Source of the DNA: Octopus bimaculoides
Taxonomy: Eukaryota
Assembly (NCBI RefSeq): GCF_001194135.2
Contig: NC_068988.1
Coordinates: forward strand, 31,078,986-31,132,590
Length of the DNA: 53,605 nucleotides
Direction of reading: 5' to 3'
Under the pieces are notes generated by a model, which saw only the letters and a program-made list of their open reading frames with translations, had not been told where the DNA came from and searched no databases. The translations under genes and the position numbers were made by a program. Below are positions 21,635 through 34,717 of this stretch, one piece after another (the stretch's first letter is position 1; each line of letters starts with the position of its first letter).

Positions 21635-21670
21635 CTTTTACGTTTCGAGCCTACGCTCCTCGACAGAAAG
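21635..21670 (-). ncRNA. Minimal type-I hammerhead-ribozyme-like motif with a variant core, in a probable Penelope-like terminal-repeat fragment (~21565-21715)
   Basis: Minus strand: cttt-CTGTCGA-G-GAGC-gtag-GCTC-GAAAC-GTA-aaag. Shows a 4-bp stem I, a 4-bp stem II, a palindromic ACGT stem III and a GUA triplet. The core differs from CUGANGA at position 6. Confidence 0.5.
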
Positions 21671-21825
21671 GAATAAGAGGAAATAAGTAGAGAGAGAATG
21701 AAAAACAAACAAACAAAAAAAGTGGTCCAATATAACGAATATATGTATGTATGTATGTATGTATGTTTGTATGTGTGTATGTATGTATGTATTATGTATT
21801 TATGTATGTATGTATATGTGTATAC

Positions 21826-21891
<66 letters not shown>

Positions 21892-21979
21892 CTCTATCTA
21901 TCCATCTATCTATCTATCTATCTATCTATGTATCTATCTATCTATCTCCCTCCCTCCTCCCCATCCCCTTCCCCTCCCA

Positions 21980-22066
<87 letters not shown>

Positions 22067-22249
22067 CATGGTCACAATCTAATTACTGAAATTAGTATTA
22101 AAAAAAAAAAGATATAATCTACAGTGTGATGTTATAATCGGAATGAGTCAATTTGGCGCTGCTGTTTGGACACAGACTTACTGGAAATGCAGATTGGATA
22201 CTAAATCTGTTTTAGCGACAGTACTTTTTGGCACTGGAGGTGAACATAC

Positions 22250-22800
22250 AACCCCTCTTCTTTAGCTCTCCCTTTTTCAACGTTTCACTCTTTTCTCTCT
22301 GTTTTCGCCCCTCTTTTCTATCCCTTCTTTTCTTTCCTCACAACTCTCCACTTTTTTCTTCCGCGAACCCTCTCCATCTTTCTCCTCCCAATCTCCTCCA
22401 ACCTATGTCTACCTCTCTCTTCCCCCGAATTATTATCTCCTTCTCTACCCTACCCCAGCTCTACTCCTTTCTTTCCTTCTCACCTCCACGCCTCATCTTT
22501 TCCCCTCTTCCTTTTCCTTTCTTTTACTAGCCCTTATGACACCAACCCCCTATTTTCTTCCTCCTCCAACCGTTCCCTTCACATCTTTAATTTCAACACT
22601 CTTAAACACTCTCCTCTCTATCTAGCCACCTTCCCATTTACCCCTATTTCTCTCTGTTCAGCTCTCTCCTTTTTGTTTCCTTCAACCTCTCTTTCTCCTT
22701 CCTCTCTCACTCCCTTGTTCTCCATATTCTTTCCCACCCTCTCCACCTCCGCAACTGGACCTCTCACACTACTCCAACTTCCACATGTTTTTCCCTCATT
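22250..22800 (+). repeat. ~550-bp polypyrimidine (CT-rich) tract
   Basis: Strongly C/T-dominated, with very few G on the + strand. Confidence 0.9.
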
Positions 22801-23297
22801 TTCCCTGTGTAACCATCTGCAACATACGGCACACGGAAAATTCAGATGAGTGAACCTTGTAGAGCGATTTGAAAAATAATATTTGGCAAATTGCTTTTAA
22901 CATTTGACTTGGATTTACAAACTGCAAAAAAAAAAAAAAACGGTCCCTCGTCCTCGTCTTTGGTGGTGAGAAAGGAAGCCAACAGAACAAACAGTCTAAT
23001 GAATGGACATTTGTGCCAGATATTATTGGCACCCGTGATTTCTACTGGAAAGTGGAGAGCTTTCTTTTCTCTCTTTTTCTACCTTTTCTAGTTTAAACAA
23101 ATCAATAAAGATGGTGGTCTGTCGCGCTGGCTGACTGGAAGGCAAGGAGGTACACGCACGCACGCACGCATATATTCACACTCAAACACACTCACACACA
23201 CTCATACACGCACACATGTTTTATTCACAGATACATTGGTTCATACATGCACATACACACGCATAAACATGTTTATATTCAAATATACTTACTCATA

Positions 23298-23381
23298 CCT
23301 TGAGCAAGTGTCTTCTACTATAGCCGAGGGCCGACCAATGCCTTGCGAGTGGATTTGGTAAACGGAAACTGAAAGAAGCCT

Positions 23382-23432
<51 letters not shown>

Positions 23433-23695
23433 ATACATACATACACGCGCACGCGCACACACACATAAATGAATAGATATGTGTGTGTGTATGTGTGTGT
23501 GTGGTCCCTCACCACCGCTTGATATCTGGTGATGTTGTGTTTACATTTCCTGTAACTTAGCGGTTCGGTAAAAGAGGCCGAAGGTGGGGTTTTACCAATG
23601 CAGTATCAGGCTTCAAAAATAAATACAGCGGTCGATTCGTTTGTCTAAAATACTTCAAGGCTGTGCTCCAGTATGGCCGCAGTCTAACGACACAT
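23298..23695 (+). mobile_element. SINE family B (bipartite, with an internal TA/CA/TG microsatellite)
   Basis: caagtgtcttctactatagcc...gtggatttggtaaacggaaactgaaagaagcc, then microsatellite, then gtaacttagcggttcgg...ggccgcagtc. Same layout at 51283-51660. Confidence 0.85.
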
Positions 23696-23926
23696 ACATA
23701 CACACACTCACGTGTTTGTATTCATTACGAAACGCACTTATGCACGTAGTCATCCACATACACACACACACATACACAAACACACACGCACATATGCATA
23801 CATATTATTTTGGACACGCGAACATACATATATTGAAATTAGGATACATGCTCATGCATATATGCATGTGGGCGCTTACGCACTCATGTTCATATTAAAC
23901 GAAAGATGTTCAAGGACATATGTGTG

Positions 23927-23959
<33 letters not shown>

Positions 23960-24526
23960 AAATACACACACAAACGCACACGCACAAACACACACAAACA
24001 CACACACACAAACACACACAAGCGCGCGCACACAAACACACACAAACACACACACACAAACACACACAAACACACACACACATACACAAACACATTCTCA
24101 CCTCACTCATACAAAACATTAATATTCATATATGCAGATTCACACATAAAAACGTATACAATTACAAACATACAGATACAAACATATGCATATATTCGTA
24201 CTTACACACTTACGCAGAAGGTGATAAAATAGTTACAAATACTGTACGGTATACACGATTTAGCTTAGCGTATTGGAGTTGAATCGAAATGTCTTTTACG
24301 AAAATATTCTTGCAGTAGGAACAATTTTCGTCTTTGAGATTTAATTATGTATTCTTTTTTATTAAGTTAACACATACGTGTTTCTCGTTCCGCATATGTA
24401 TTAAAATCTTTGCTTAAATTGGCTATTTGAAAGAAAATTTGCATAATCCTGCATTTTGTGATTTCTCTCACACATACATGTGCATACATGCATGCAAACG
24501 TACATATACGTATCCGCAAGCATGCA

Positions 24527-24621
<95 letters not shown>

Positions 24622-24710
24622 ATGCCTGTCTGTCTGTCTGTCCGTCTGTCCCCGTATGCGTGTGTGTATGGGTGTGTGAATATATATAGTATATGTGTGT
24701 TTATATATAC

Positions 24711-24742
<32 letters not shown>

Positions 24743-24779
24743 GTATATGTATATTTGTATACACACATATATATATAAA

Positions 24780-24817
<38 letters not shown>

Positions 24818-25848
24818 NNNNNNNNNNNNNNNNNNNNNNNNNNNNNNNNNNNNNNNNNNNNNNNNNNNNNNNNNNNNNNNNNNNNNNNNNNNNNNNNNNN
24901 NNNNNNNNNNNNNNNNNNNNNNNNNNNNNNNNNNNNNNNNNNNNNNNNNNNNNNNNNNNNNNNNNNNNNNNNNNNNNNNNNNNNNNNNNNNNNNNNNNNN
25001 NNNNNNNNNNNNNNNNNNNNNNNNNNNNNNNNNNNNNNNNNNNNNNNNNNNNNNNNNNNNNNNNNNNNNNNNNNNNNNNNNNNNNNNNNNNNNNNNNNNN
25101 NNNNNNNNNNNNNNNNNNNNNNNNNNNNNNNNNNNNNNNNNNNNNNNNNNNNNNNNNNNNNNNNNNNNNNNNNNNNNNNNNNNNNNNNNNNNNNNNNNNN
25201 NNNNNNNNNNNNNNNNNNNNNNNNNNNNNNNNNNNNNNNNNNNNNNNNNNNNNNNNNNNNNNNNNNNNNNNNNNNNNNNNNNNNNNNNNNNNNNNNNNNN
25301 NNNNNNNNNNNNNNNNNNNNNNNNNNNNNNNNNNNNNNNNNNNNNNNNNNNNNNNNNNNNNNNNNNNNNNNNNNNNNNNNNNNNNNNNNNNNNNNNNNNN
25401 NNNNNNNNNNNNNNNNNNNNNNNNNNNNNNNNNNNNNNNNNNACACACACACACACGTAAATATCGAACAATGAGAATGAGTGCTCAATACTGCATTCGC
25501 GGATAAAAATTGTTTATTTGTGATTTAAGGCTACCATGTTAATCTAAATTGAAGACGAACACCGATGTTCCACGTAATAGGTTTGATAATTGTTAAAGGC
25601 GTTCACTATATGAAGCCATTGGTAGCCTCAATCTACAAATAAGATATATAGCATAATACATACATACATACATACATACAAACACACATACATACATACA
25701 TACATACATACATACATACATACATACGTATGTAATAAACTTTTCGCCGGGCTCAAGAGTCATGCAAGGGGCTCACATTGCATCCACATTGACTCATTTC
25801 AATGTTTCTTTCTAGCAGTGGCTTTACTCGTATACAAGAAAGCAACTA

Positions 25849-25886
<38 letters not shown>

Positions 25887-27456
25887 TGTGTTGCTGAAAG
25901 AAAAGTAAAGTAACTATGCTATTCTTCGATCTGATGAGCAAGCCTTTTTAGCTGTACTGGTTTATAAATTATACAACTTCATTATATTATTTGCATTATA
26001 TACATTAATACAGGCATGCAAAATAATTTATTTATTTATTATACACTAAATCACACTGTTTTTACACGATAAAGGCCGCGAAACTATCGCAGTTGTATGG
26101 ATGTCAATTGTTGAAATAAATTTTTCATCTTATCCCTCCTCTCTTTCTTTATATGTACACAGTTACATCGTCTTAGCCCACTCACTCTTGACCAAACGGG
26201 GCATTGAGGATCTAACCGCCGGAGAAGAGAGAGAGGGTTGCACCAGCAGTTGGCAGTTGCTGATTTTCTTTTGAGTATACTGAAGCCATGCTGGTCGAAC
26301 TCTGTGTATTTTTGTCGCATATTTATTTTCCCCAACCCATGCAAACGCCGTCAGGGAGCGACAGGAGCCATGGTTTAGTACGAAACGTCGTTTGAAACTC
26401 ATACACAAGTGATTATTTTAGAAATTGAATAAAACAAATATTTGCAAAAATACAATCAAACAATACTCTACAAAACCTCCAGAAAAACAATATTGCATAA
26501 ACATTAAGACTCAACAAAACTCTCTGAAGATTTCCTGAAAAAGGCGCCCTAACCTCGAAATATTGAAATACAAGGTAAATGTACAAATCAGCAATTTCTA
26601 TGATTATTTATAACTTGCATCGTTTTCGCTTAAAAGAATTAGAAACACTCATTAACAACGACAACGACTAAAACAGTAAATACCGTTGTTATCAGCCTTA
26701 TCAACGTCATAAGTCTGCACAGCGTATGTCAAAAGAACAAAGAGACAAAAGTTTAAAAAAGGCACTTCAAAACTGACACAAATATCAAAATATTTACAAG
26801 ACAACATCAACGTTATCAAAAATACATTTGTGGAACATTGATCTCCTCATCACAATTGATGTACCCGTAGCAATAATTCCAGAAGCGTTTTTACATAGAA
26901 CATTCAATATTCCGGTTTACACTCAGATCAGAATTGGCACAGATTATCGCAACGGATACATGAAGCTTACACGAAATCATTCATTCAGTGCATAGGTGTT
27001 ACAAAAAGACATTCTTATAGTAATTAGAGACAAAAAGTTAAAAAAACAAACAAAATCTCAGCAGCCCGCGGAATTAATATAAAGAACGCACACACACACA
27101 CACACAGACAGACACAAACACAAACACACGCACACACGTGCACACACGTGCACACACACACACATGTACAACACACACACACACACAAATATATGCCATT
27201 AACAGCTGTTCGATCTGGAATCCCAACCGTAAAACTTTATCACTCTCACAAGTACCATCATTGGAGAAACCGTAAAGCACTAAACACCTCCTGGTTTGAA
27301 AACGCTTTCTTTTTTACAAACAAAAAGGTAATATAACATCACTGCTAAAGTCCCTTTATATCCTCCTAAACAACTCAAACTGACACACACACACACATAC
27401 ATTACTTTGCTAAATATGCCTTATTATATTATTACCTCCATCACTATGAGTGACCT

Positions 27457-27570
<114 letters not shown>

Positions 27571-27971
27571 AACACTCATACATGTTCTATATTCCTTGTG
27601 TCACATCATTTCCTTGTAAGTTAACCGAGCACTGTTAGATGAAAGGTGAGAGTGTTTCAAGCAGGAAAGAAGTCCTAACACCAACGTTAACGTCAAGACA
27701 GATAGATAGACGAGCTTGTTTCCAGCAATGGCAGTATCAAAGACTATTAGAATAAATATGTATTCCTATAAATAAAACATTTCTATAATAATGAAATGAG
27801 TAAGTGATCATAATGACAGTTCGTAAAAAATAAAAAAAATAGTTAATAATAACAGTAACACAATGATAGAAGTCTTGACAACAGCAAAAAAATAAACAGT
27901 TAACAACAATATCAACAACAACAACAACAACAACAGTGACTATAATAATCAAATAATGATGATGATGATGG

Positions 27972-28015
<44 letters not shown>

Positions 28016-28030
28016 GTGATGATGGTGATA

Positions 28031-28062
<32 letters not shown>

Positions 28063-28114
28063 ACTAATAAAAATAATAATGATTTCGAATTTTGGCACAA
28101 ATAATAGTAATAAC

Positions 28115-28173
<59 letters not shown>

Positions 28174-28520
28174 CATCAACAACGATAACAACAATAACAA
28201 CAACAACAACAACAATAACAACTTGATAATTTAATGAATATCAATCTCAAGACAGAAAGAAAAAAACTCAGCTTTTTATTAAAATTATTGCAAATGTTGT
28301 AATGGTTGGAAGGGGGGGTGGTGGTGGTGGCAATTTTGTATTTTGAATGCAAGTCAAAGATTTGTTGGCATATTGCACAATAATTTGCTGACAATCACAA
28401 TGCTATGTAACTAAACAATCACTATTTTATCTTGATATTTTTTTTTCTTTTGTTAATGAGTTCAAAATGCAGTATTTGTTTTCGTTTTCTTTATCTTTAG
28501 TTTTATTATTGTTGTTGTTG

Positions 28521-28567
<47 letters not shown>

Positions 28568-29074
28568 GTTGTTGTTGTTGTTGTTATTCCCATTGTTCAT
28601 CTTGTTCTTGCTATCGTTCGTCTGATTAGTGCTGGTTTATTGATTAAACTTGCTTGAATTTTCATTGTAGAGATTTACTGCATTTGGTGAAAATTGACTT
28701 ATTTCGTGAACTGCCAAAATAGATTTTTACGAAGCAATTAAAAATAGGAGGTAAGCAATTTCAGATAAGCAAACTGTAGTTAATTGCACGTGAGTGGAAC
28801 AGTGAATAGTTAAGAAGTAAGTTTGAAGAAAGAATGAAACGCTAAAACAAACATGTACAAACACACACATATATAATGATAATAACATACGTGTATGTGT
28901 ATGCATGTGTGTATGCATGTATATATATTATTCTTTTACTTGTTTCTCTGCATGTGTATGTTTTTGTTTACTTTCTTCCTCTCTGTACACACATGCGCAC
29001 GCACGTACATACATACACATGTATACAAACACATGCATTTATGTATGTAAATATATATACAGACATATTATAAC

Positions 29075-29128
<54 letters not shown>

Positions 29129-29135
29129 CTCTCTG

Positions 29136-29175
<40 letters not shown>

Positions 29176-29394
29176 NNNNNNNNNNNNNNNNNNNNNNNNN
29201 NNNNNNNNNNNNNNNNNNNNNNNNNNNNNNNNNNNNNNNNNNNNNNNNNNNNNNNNNNNNNNNNNNNNNNNNNNNNNNNNNNNNNNNNNNNNNNNNNNNN
29301 NNNNNNNNNNNNNNNNNNNNNNNNNNNNNNNNNNNNNNNNNNNNNNNNNNNNNNNNNNNNNNNNNNNNNNNNNNNNNNNNNNNNNNNNNNNNNN

Positions 29395-29425
<31 letters not shown>

Positions 29426-29499
29426 TATATATAGTAATATGTAAAGGTAAGATCCAAGAATGAAGGTGTAGGAAGTTTGGAAGCTTCGAGCAGTCCGCA

Positions 29500-30760
29500 G
29501 AATGTATAAAAATCAAGTTTCAGGAACAATAGTGGTTTATTGACGTAGAAGGTTGTAAATTTTCCCCACATTGTCCCTTTATGCCTGATGGTGGAATACG
29601 TCGCCTCCTTGGACTTCCTCTGTTTCGGACTTATCACTTCCGATGTCCACCTGCATTTTGATTTCTTCAGCAATATACACAAACAGTATTCAGGTACGCC
29701 TATGGGATCCAGCCTCTCCGGCCTTCTTGCTATTACCTACCTAGACCAGTTGGAGCGCAGAGTACTCAGTACCTGTCACTCATGCACCTTGTTCATCAGG
29801 TATGTGGGTGAGATCCTCATGAGAATGCTTCCGCAATACTGGAAACGTTCAATGACATGGACCAGCACATCGATTTCATCATCAAACACCCGAACAACGT
29901 TAGTTTCCTCTTCTAGCTTGACTTCCATTTAAGCATTACGGATGGGGAAAGAATCAACACGATGTTCTACCGAAAAGCAGTCTACAGAGCTTCTACCGAA
30001 GCAACCCCTTCGTCCATTACAATTCCGTCCACTCCACCAAGGCTAAGAGTGGCTACATACAGAATGAGATCGCCCGTACATGCAACAGATGCAGTGACTG
30101 CACCATCTGAGATACACAGGTCACACGGTTCCTCAAGATGCTTGGAATCAACGGATACTCAGCGTCCGTTACAAACACGCTACACGGATACAAGCCAAAT
30201 AAAGGTGGCCAGAGGACTCTCTCTAGAACCTGCTTCCTGAGGATTCCCCACTTTAACGTGATGACCAACTCCGCTACTCGTAAAGCCACCCATAGGGAAG
30301 GCCTCGACCGTCCCTGTGTAAACATCTGTCAACGAGATCATTCACAGAATAACAGCCCCACACACTGACATGCTATCCCATCCACGACACGAGCGTGGGT
30401 CTGCGTACATACATGATGTACAAGGTATGCTGTACTAAATGCAACAACCTTGATATCACTCCAACTGTTCTACATCCGATTGAAGGAACATCTGACTGCA
30501 AACGTCTCCCATCCGCAAGCATTTAATCAATTGCAGCAATATCACCAAAAAGGCAGACACTTCTATACTGGCAACGGAGAAGAATACAGGAAATCTCCGC
30601 ACTAAAGAATCCTTACTGATCCACTGTCTTAATCCGAAGATCAATAGACGATCGGACTTGCCTCATACATCCCCTACATCGCAATGACCACGACCCGCTT
30701 CTTTATCACTACGACGGTGGTTGAAAATGTTGCCTACTAGTATAACGTTCGCTTCTCCAT
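29500..30760 (+). mobile_element. Decayed Penelope-like element: RT plus C-terminal GIY-YIG endonuclease
   Basis: QYSGTPMGSSLSGLLAITYLDQLE and FIRYVGEIL (decayed RYVDD); FLDFHLSI-like thumb; MYKVCCTKCNN...RLKEHLT (30415-30500). Multiple frameshifts. Confidence 0.85.
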
Positions 30761-30769
30761 AGCTGCAGC

Positions 30770-30815
30770 TACCGCCACCGCTACCGCCACCGCTACCGCC
30801 ACCGCTACCGCCACA
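30770..30815. repeat. GC-rich 12-bp tandem repeat (CTACCGCCACCG)n
   Basis: About 3.7 copies, directly visible just downstream of the PLE. Confidence 0.85.
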
Positions 30816-31906
30816 TCGTGGCCTACTGCGATGAGGAACGTTGTTGGCAGTCATCACCAACGCCATCACGGACTGCTATCACGACATCTATCACCACGGC
30901 ATTTACCATTACTACAACCATCGACTGCTACTACGGCNNNNNNNNNNNNNNNNNNNNNNNNNNNNNNNNNNNNNNNNNNNNNNNNNNNNNNNNNNNNNNN
31001 NNNNNNNNNNNNNNNNNNNNNNNNNNNNNNNNNNNNNNNNNNNNNNNNNNNNNNNNNNNNNNNNNNNNNNNNNNNNNNNNNNNNNNNNNNNNNNNNNNNN
31101 NNNNNNNNNNNNNNNNNNNNNNNNNNNNNNNNNNNNNNNNNNNNNNNNNNNNNNNNNNNNNNNNNNNNNNNNNNNNNNNNNNNNNNNNNNNNNNNNNNNN
31201 NNNNNNNNNNNNNNNNNNNNNNNNNNNNNNNNNNNNNNNNNNNNNNNNNNNNNNNNNNNNNNNNNNNNNNNNNNNNNNNNNNNNNNNNNNNNNNNNNNNN
31301 NNNNNNNNNNNNNNNNNNNNNNNNNNNNNNNNNNNNNNNNNNNNNNNNNNNNNNNNNNNNNNNNNNNNNNNNNNNNNNNNNNNNNNNNNNNNNNNNNNNN
31401 NNNNNNNNNNNNNNNNNNNNNNNNNNNNNNNNNNNNNNNNNNNNNNNNNNNNNNNNNNNNNNNNNNNNNNNNNNNNNNNNNNNNNNNNNNNNNNNNNNNN
31501 NNNNNNNNNNNNNNNNNNNNNNNNNNNNNNNNNNNNNNNNNNNNNNNNNNNNNNNNNNNNNNNNNNNNNNNNNNNNNNNNNNNNNNNNNNNNNNNNNNNN
31601 NNNNNNNNNNNNNNNNNNNNNNNNNNNNNNNNNNNNNNNNNNNNNNNNNNNNNNNNNNNNNNNNNNNNNNNNNNNNNNNNNNNNNNNNNNNNNNNNNNNN
31701 NNNNNNNNNNNNNNNNNNNNNNNNNNNNNNNNNNNNNNNNNNNNNNNNNNNNNNNNNNNNNNNNNNNNNNNNNNNNNNNNNNNNNNNNNNNNNNNNNNNN
31801 NNNNNNNNNNNNNNNNNNNNNNNNNNNNNNNNNNNNNNNNNNNNNNNNNNNNNNNNNNNNNNNNNNNNNNNNNNNNNNNNNNNNNNNNNNNNNNNNNNNN
31901 NNNNNN

Positions 31907-32195
31907 AGACTACGTTAAGGGTACACGTGTCTGTGGAGTGCTCATTCACTTGCACGTTAATTTCACGAACAGGCTGTTCCGTTGATCGGATCAACTGGAA
32001 CCCTCGTCGTCGTAAGCGACGGAGTGCCACCACGTACTCGTAACGTAGCCATTCGGCAAAAGAGACCGATAGGATAAGTAGCAGTACTTAAAAAGAAAAC
32101 GTACTGGAGTCGATTCATTCAACTAAAAATTCTTCAAGGCGGTGTCCCAGCATGGCCACAGTCTAATGACCGATACAAGTAAAAGATAAAAGATC
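31907..32195 (+). mobile_element. RTE-type 3' end followed by the 3' half of SINE family B
   Basis: ggatcaactggaaccctcgtcgtcgtaagcgacggagtgcc, then cggcaaaagagaccgatag...ccagcatggccacagtc, shared with the 23560-23690 and 51530-51650 segments. Confidence 0.6.
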
Positions 32196-32890
32196 AACGA
32201 TAAAGTTGTTCATCTCCCGGGTTAGTCACCTTCTCCGGGTCAAAGTTCATCCCACCCTAGTAGTCTAAATGCACATTCGGGTACTAAACTGGAAATTTTT
32301 AGCTCTCGCGCATGCATATGTATATATGTATACCATGCAACTGGATGACCATTGACTCTTCTAATTTTATCTCTCCATTGACGAGTCTTGTTTTTAATCC
32401 AGCAGGGCATACAAAAACCTCACCCTACTTCTCAAGCAGGCGTGGTGGTGTTGCCGGTTTAATCGCCAATGGCCCGGTGTTGGGTTACATGTTACCAGTC
32501 GAATTCAAAAACGATCGGAATAATTCGTAGTCGATCAGTCCGATGCCAAATCAATTCGTCATCCAAGTCAGAATGTTATCAGCTTACTCAAATTCCATTT
32601 TATTTTAGTTTCAGTTATTACAATTTTGTCTTTGTTTTCGTTGAAATTCTACTTAATTGAGTCGAGTGAAAATAAGTGTCGAATCAAATCGATGCTGCGA
32701 GTAATTCTTGAGGTGTCGATTGTGTATTACGTAATTGAATCGATTGTGTATCACGTAATGTAAATAAATGAAGATGATGGTTCCTGATCCCTAGGAGCGA
32801 TAACAATGAGAATAACTCGGATATCAAAATAATTTAATTCCGTCATGAAGGATAAGTTGATTACTACTACGGGTCCTAACAAATGCTAAG

Positions 32891-32894
<4 letters not shown>

Positions 32895-32938
<44 letters not shown>

Positions 32939-32970
32939 AAAAAAAGAAAAAAAGAAAGAAAGAGAAAAAT
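32895..32970 (+). repeat. Poly(A) tract (~42 A plus A/G-rich extension)
   Basis: Directly visible. Confidence 0.9.
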
Positions 32971-33609
32971 CTATCAAGAAGAAACCAGTAAAAAGAAGTG
33001 CTGCAGAAATATGAAAAGGCGCATTAGAAACGTGAAAGATAGATGCAATTCTTAAAAGAATTATTTCTTGAAAGCAGTTTAAAATCTAAAATTTTAAAAC
33101 CCATTCTCTTTTACTATTGATTTTAGATTTACATTGTTATTGTTTTCATGTGATCTTGATAAATTTAAAAATGAATACTTTGAATAGCTAAACCTTGATT
33201 TATATATACGAATACGTATTGTTTATGTTACATCAATATTCTGGTTGTGTTAATTTATGTATATCTCCTCTTGGCATGGTTAGTAAAAAAAAAACCAAAA
33301 AAAACCCCAAGAAATTGACAAAAAATACAATTCTTACGAAAGGAGTGATTTTATGTTGATACTTTTGTTGTTTTATCATTTTTTCGTTGTTTCGCCATTT
33401 TTTCGTTGTTCCACCATTTTTTTCGTTGTTTCATTCCATTCGAATTTCTGTCATTCCTTACATCTTAGTGCTAACAGAGAGAGAATAACTTATTCAGTAA
33501 TGTCATAACGCATTATGACATGCATTTTATGCTGACGATAAAATGACTGGCGACATTATTGACTGACGAATTCACTGGCTGGCATAGACCCATATCTATA
33601 TCAAGAACA

Positions 33610-33870
33610 CTATATCGACCAGACCATCGGATGTTGTTATACACCACTGGTCACAATGTGGTTCTTCGGATTGTTGTAACTTTCGATCAGGCCAACGTCC
33701 CCCCTGAACGGAATGCCAATACGTACACGTAAACAGGATTACCCGTTTACAACGGAGAAGACTGGATCCAGATGAAATGAAGTGTTTTGATCAAGTATAC
33801 AACGCACCACCGGTCTGGGAATCGAAACCACGCCCGTGAGTGCAATACTCTAAAAACTAGGCTACGCGCC

Positions 33871-33872
<2 letters not shown>
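33610..33872 (-). mobile_element. tRNA-derived SINE family C (related fragment at ~13300-13520)
   Basis: Minus strand cgcgtagcctag (A-box-like) and ggtttcgattccc (B-box). Body motif tgaaatgaagtgtttt shared with 13420-13450. Confidence 0.65.
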
Positions 33873-33922
<50 letters not shown>

Positions 33923-33989
33923 TATATATTCATATATATGTGTATAAATACACATATGTGTATATGTCTGTCTGTATAAATATATACGT

Positions 33990-34091
<102 letters not shown>

Positions 34092-34479
34092 ACGCGTGCG
34101 TGCTTATGTTTGTGATAAAAATCGGCTCAGTAACGAGTAAGATCATTGATTGCTAATGGCCTGCAATGCAAAGCTAACCCTTTACCCCAGCTAATGATTC
34201 TATTGCTTCCATCACAAAGTATCACATAAACGTCTCTTTCCAGTTAAATGCAGCGCATAAATTTCAGCATTTCGAGCGTCTTAGCGATGGTAAACGAAAT
34301 TGAACACAACCCAGGAGTGGGTCCCATTAGATTCATCATGTGTGCTCGGAAGGAGTTCCAATAACAACTAGTATCCCCTGTAGCTAATCTCAGGGGAAAA
34401 TCACTGGAGCTAAGTTCTGTACCTGAACATTTTCTATTTGAGTCTGCCATGTCAGTTTTCAGATAATGAAACAAGTCAC

Positions 34480-34680
34480 TTGCATAAAATTATCGCCCGA
34501 TCTCACTTATCTCTCATATCATCAAATTATTTGAGAGGGTGCTGAGATCAAGAATAAATAACTTTATGAATAAATGACATCCCGTAGAGCAACAATCTTC
34601 AAAATGTCAACCAGCATGCCTTCCATGATAGTAGAGATTACTTAACAGTTTATATTCTGCTTTGATGACATTTTAAATGC

Positions 34681-34717
<37 letters not shown>

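Noticed and set aside
28671-28750. Plus-strand segment with a good acceptor and GAG|GTAAGC donor
   Set aside because: All three frames contain stops from the strong acceptor; only a weak inner acceptor rescues it. At most it is a non-coding exon.
34244-34289. Plus-strand 46-nt exon-like segment (LNAAHKFQHFERLSD)
   Set aside because: It is isolated, adjacent to a CR1 remnant and cannot be linked to a gene model.
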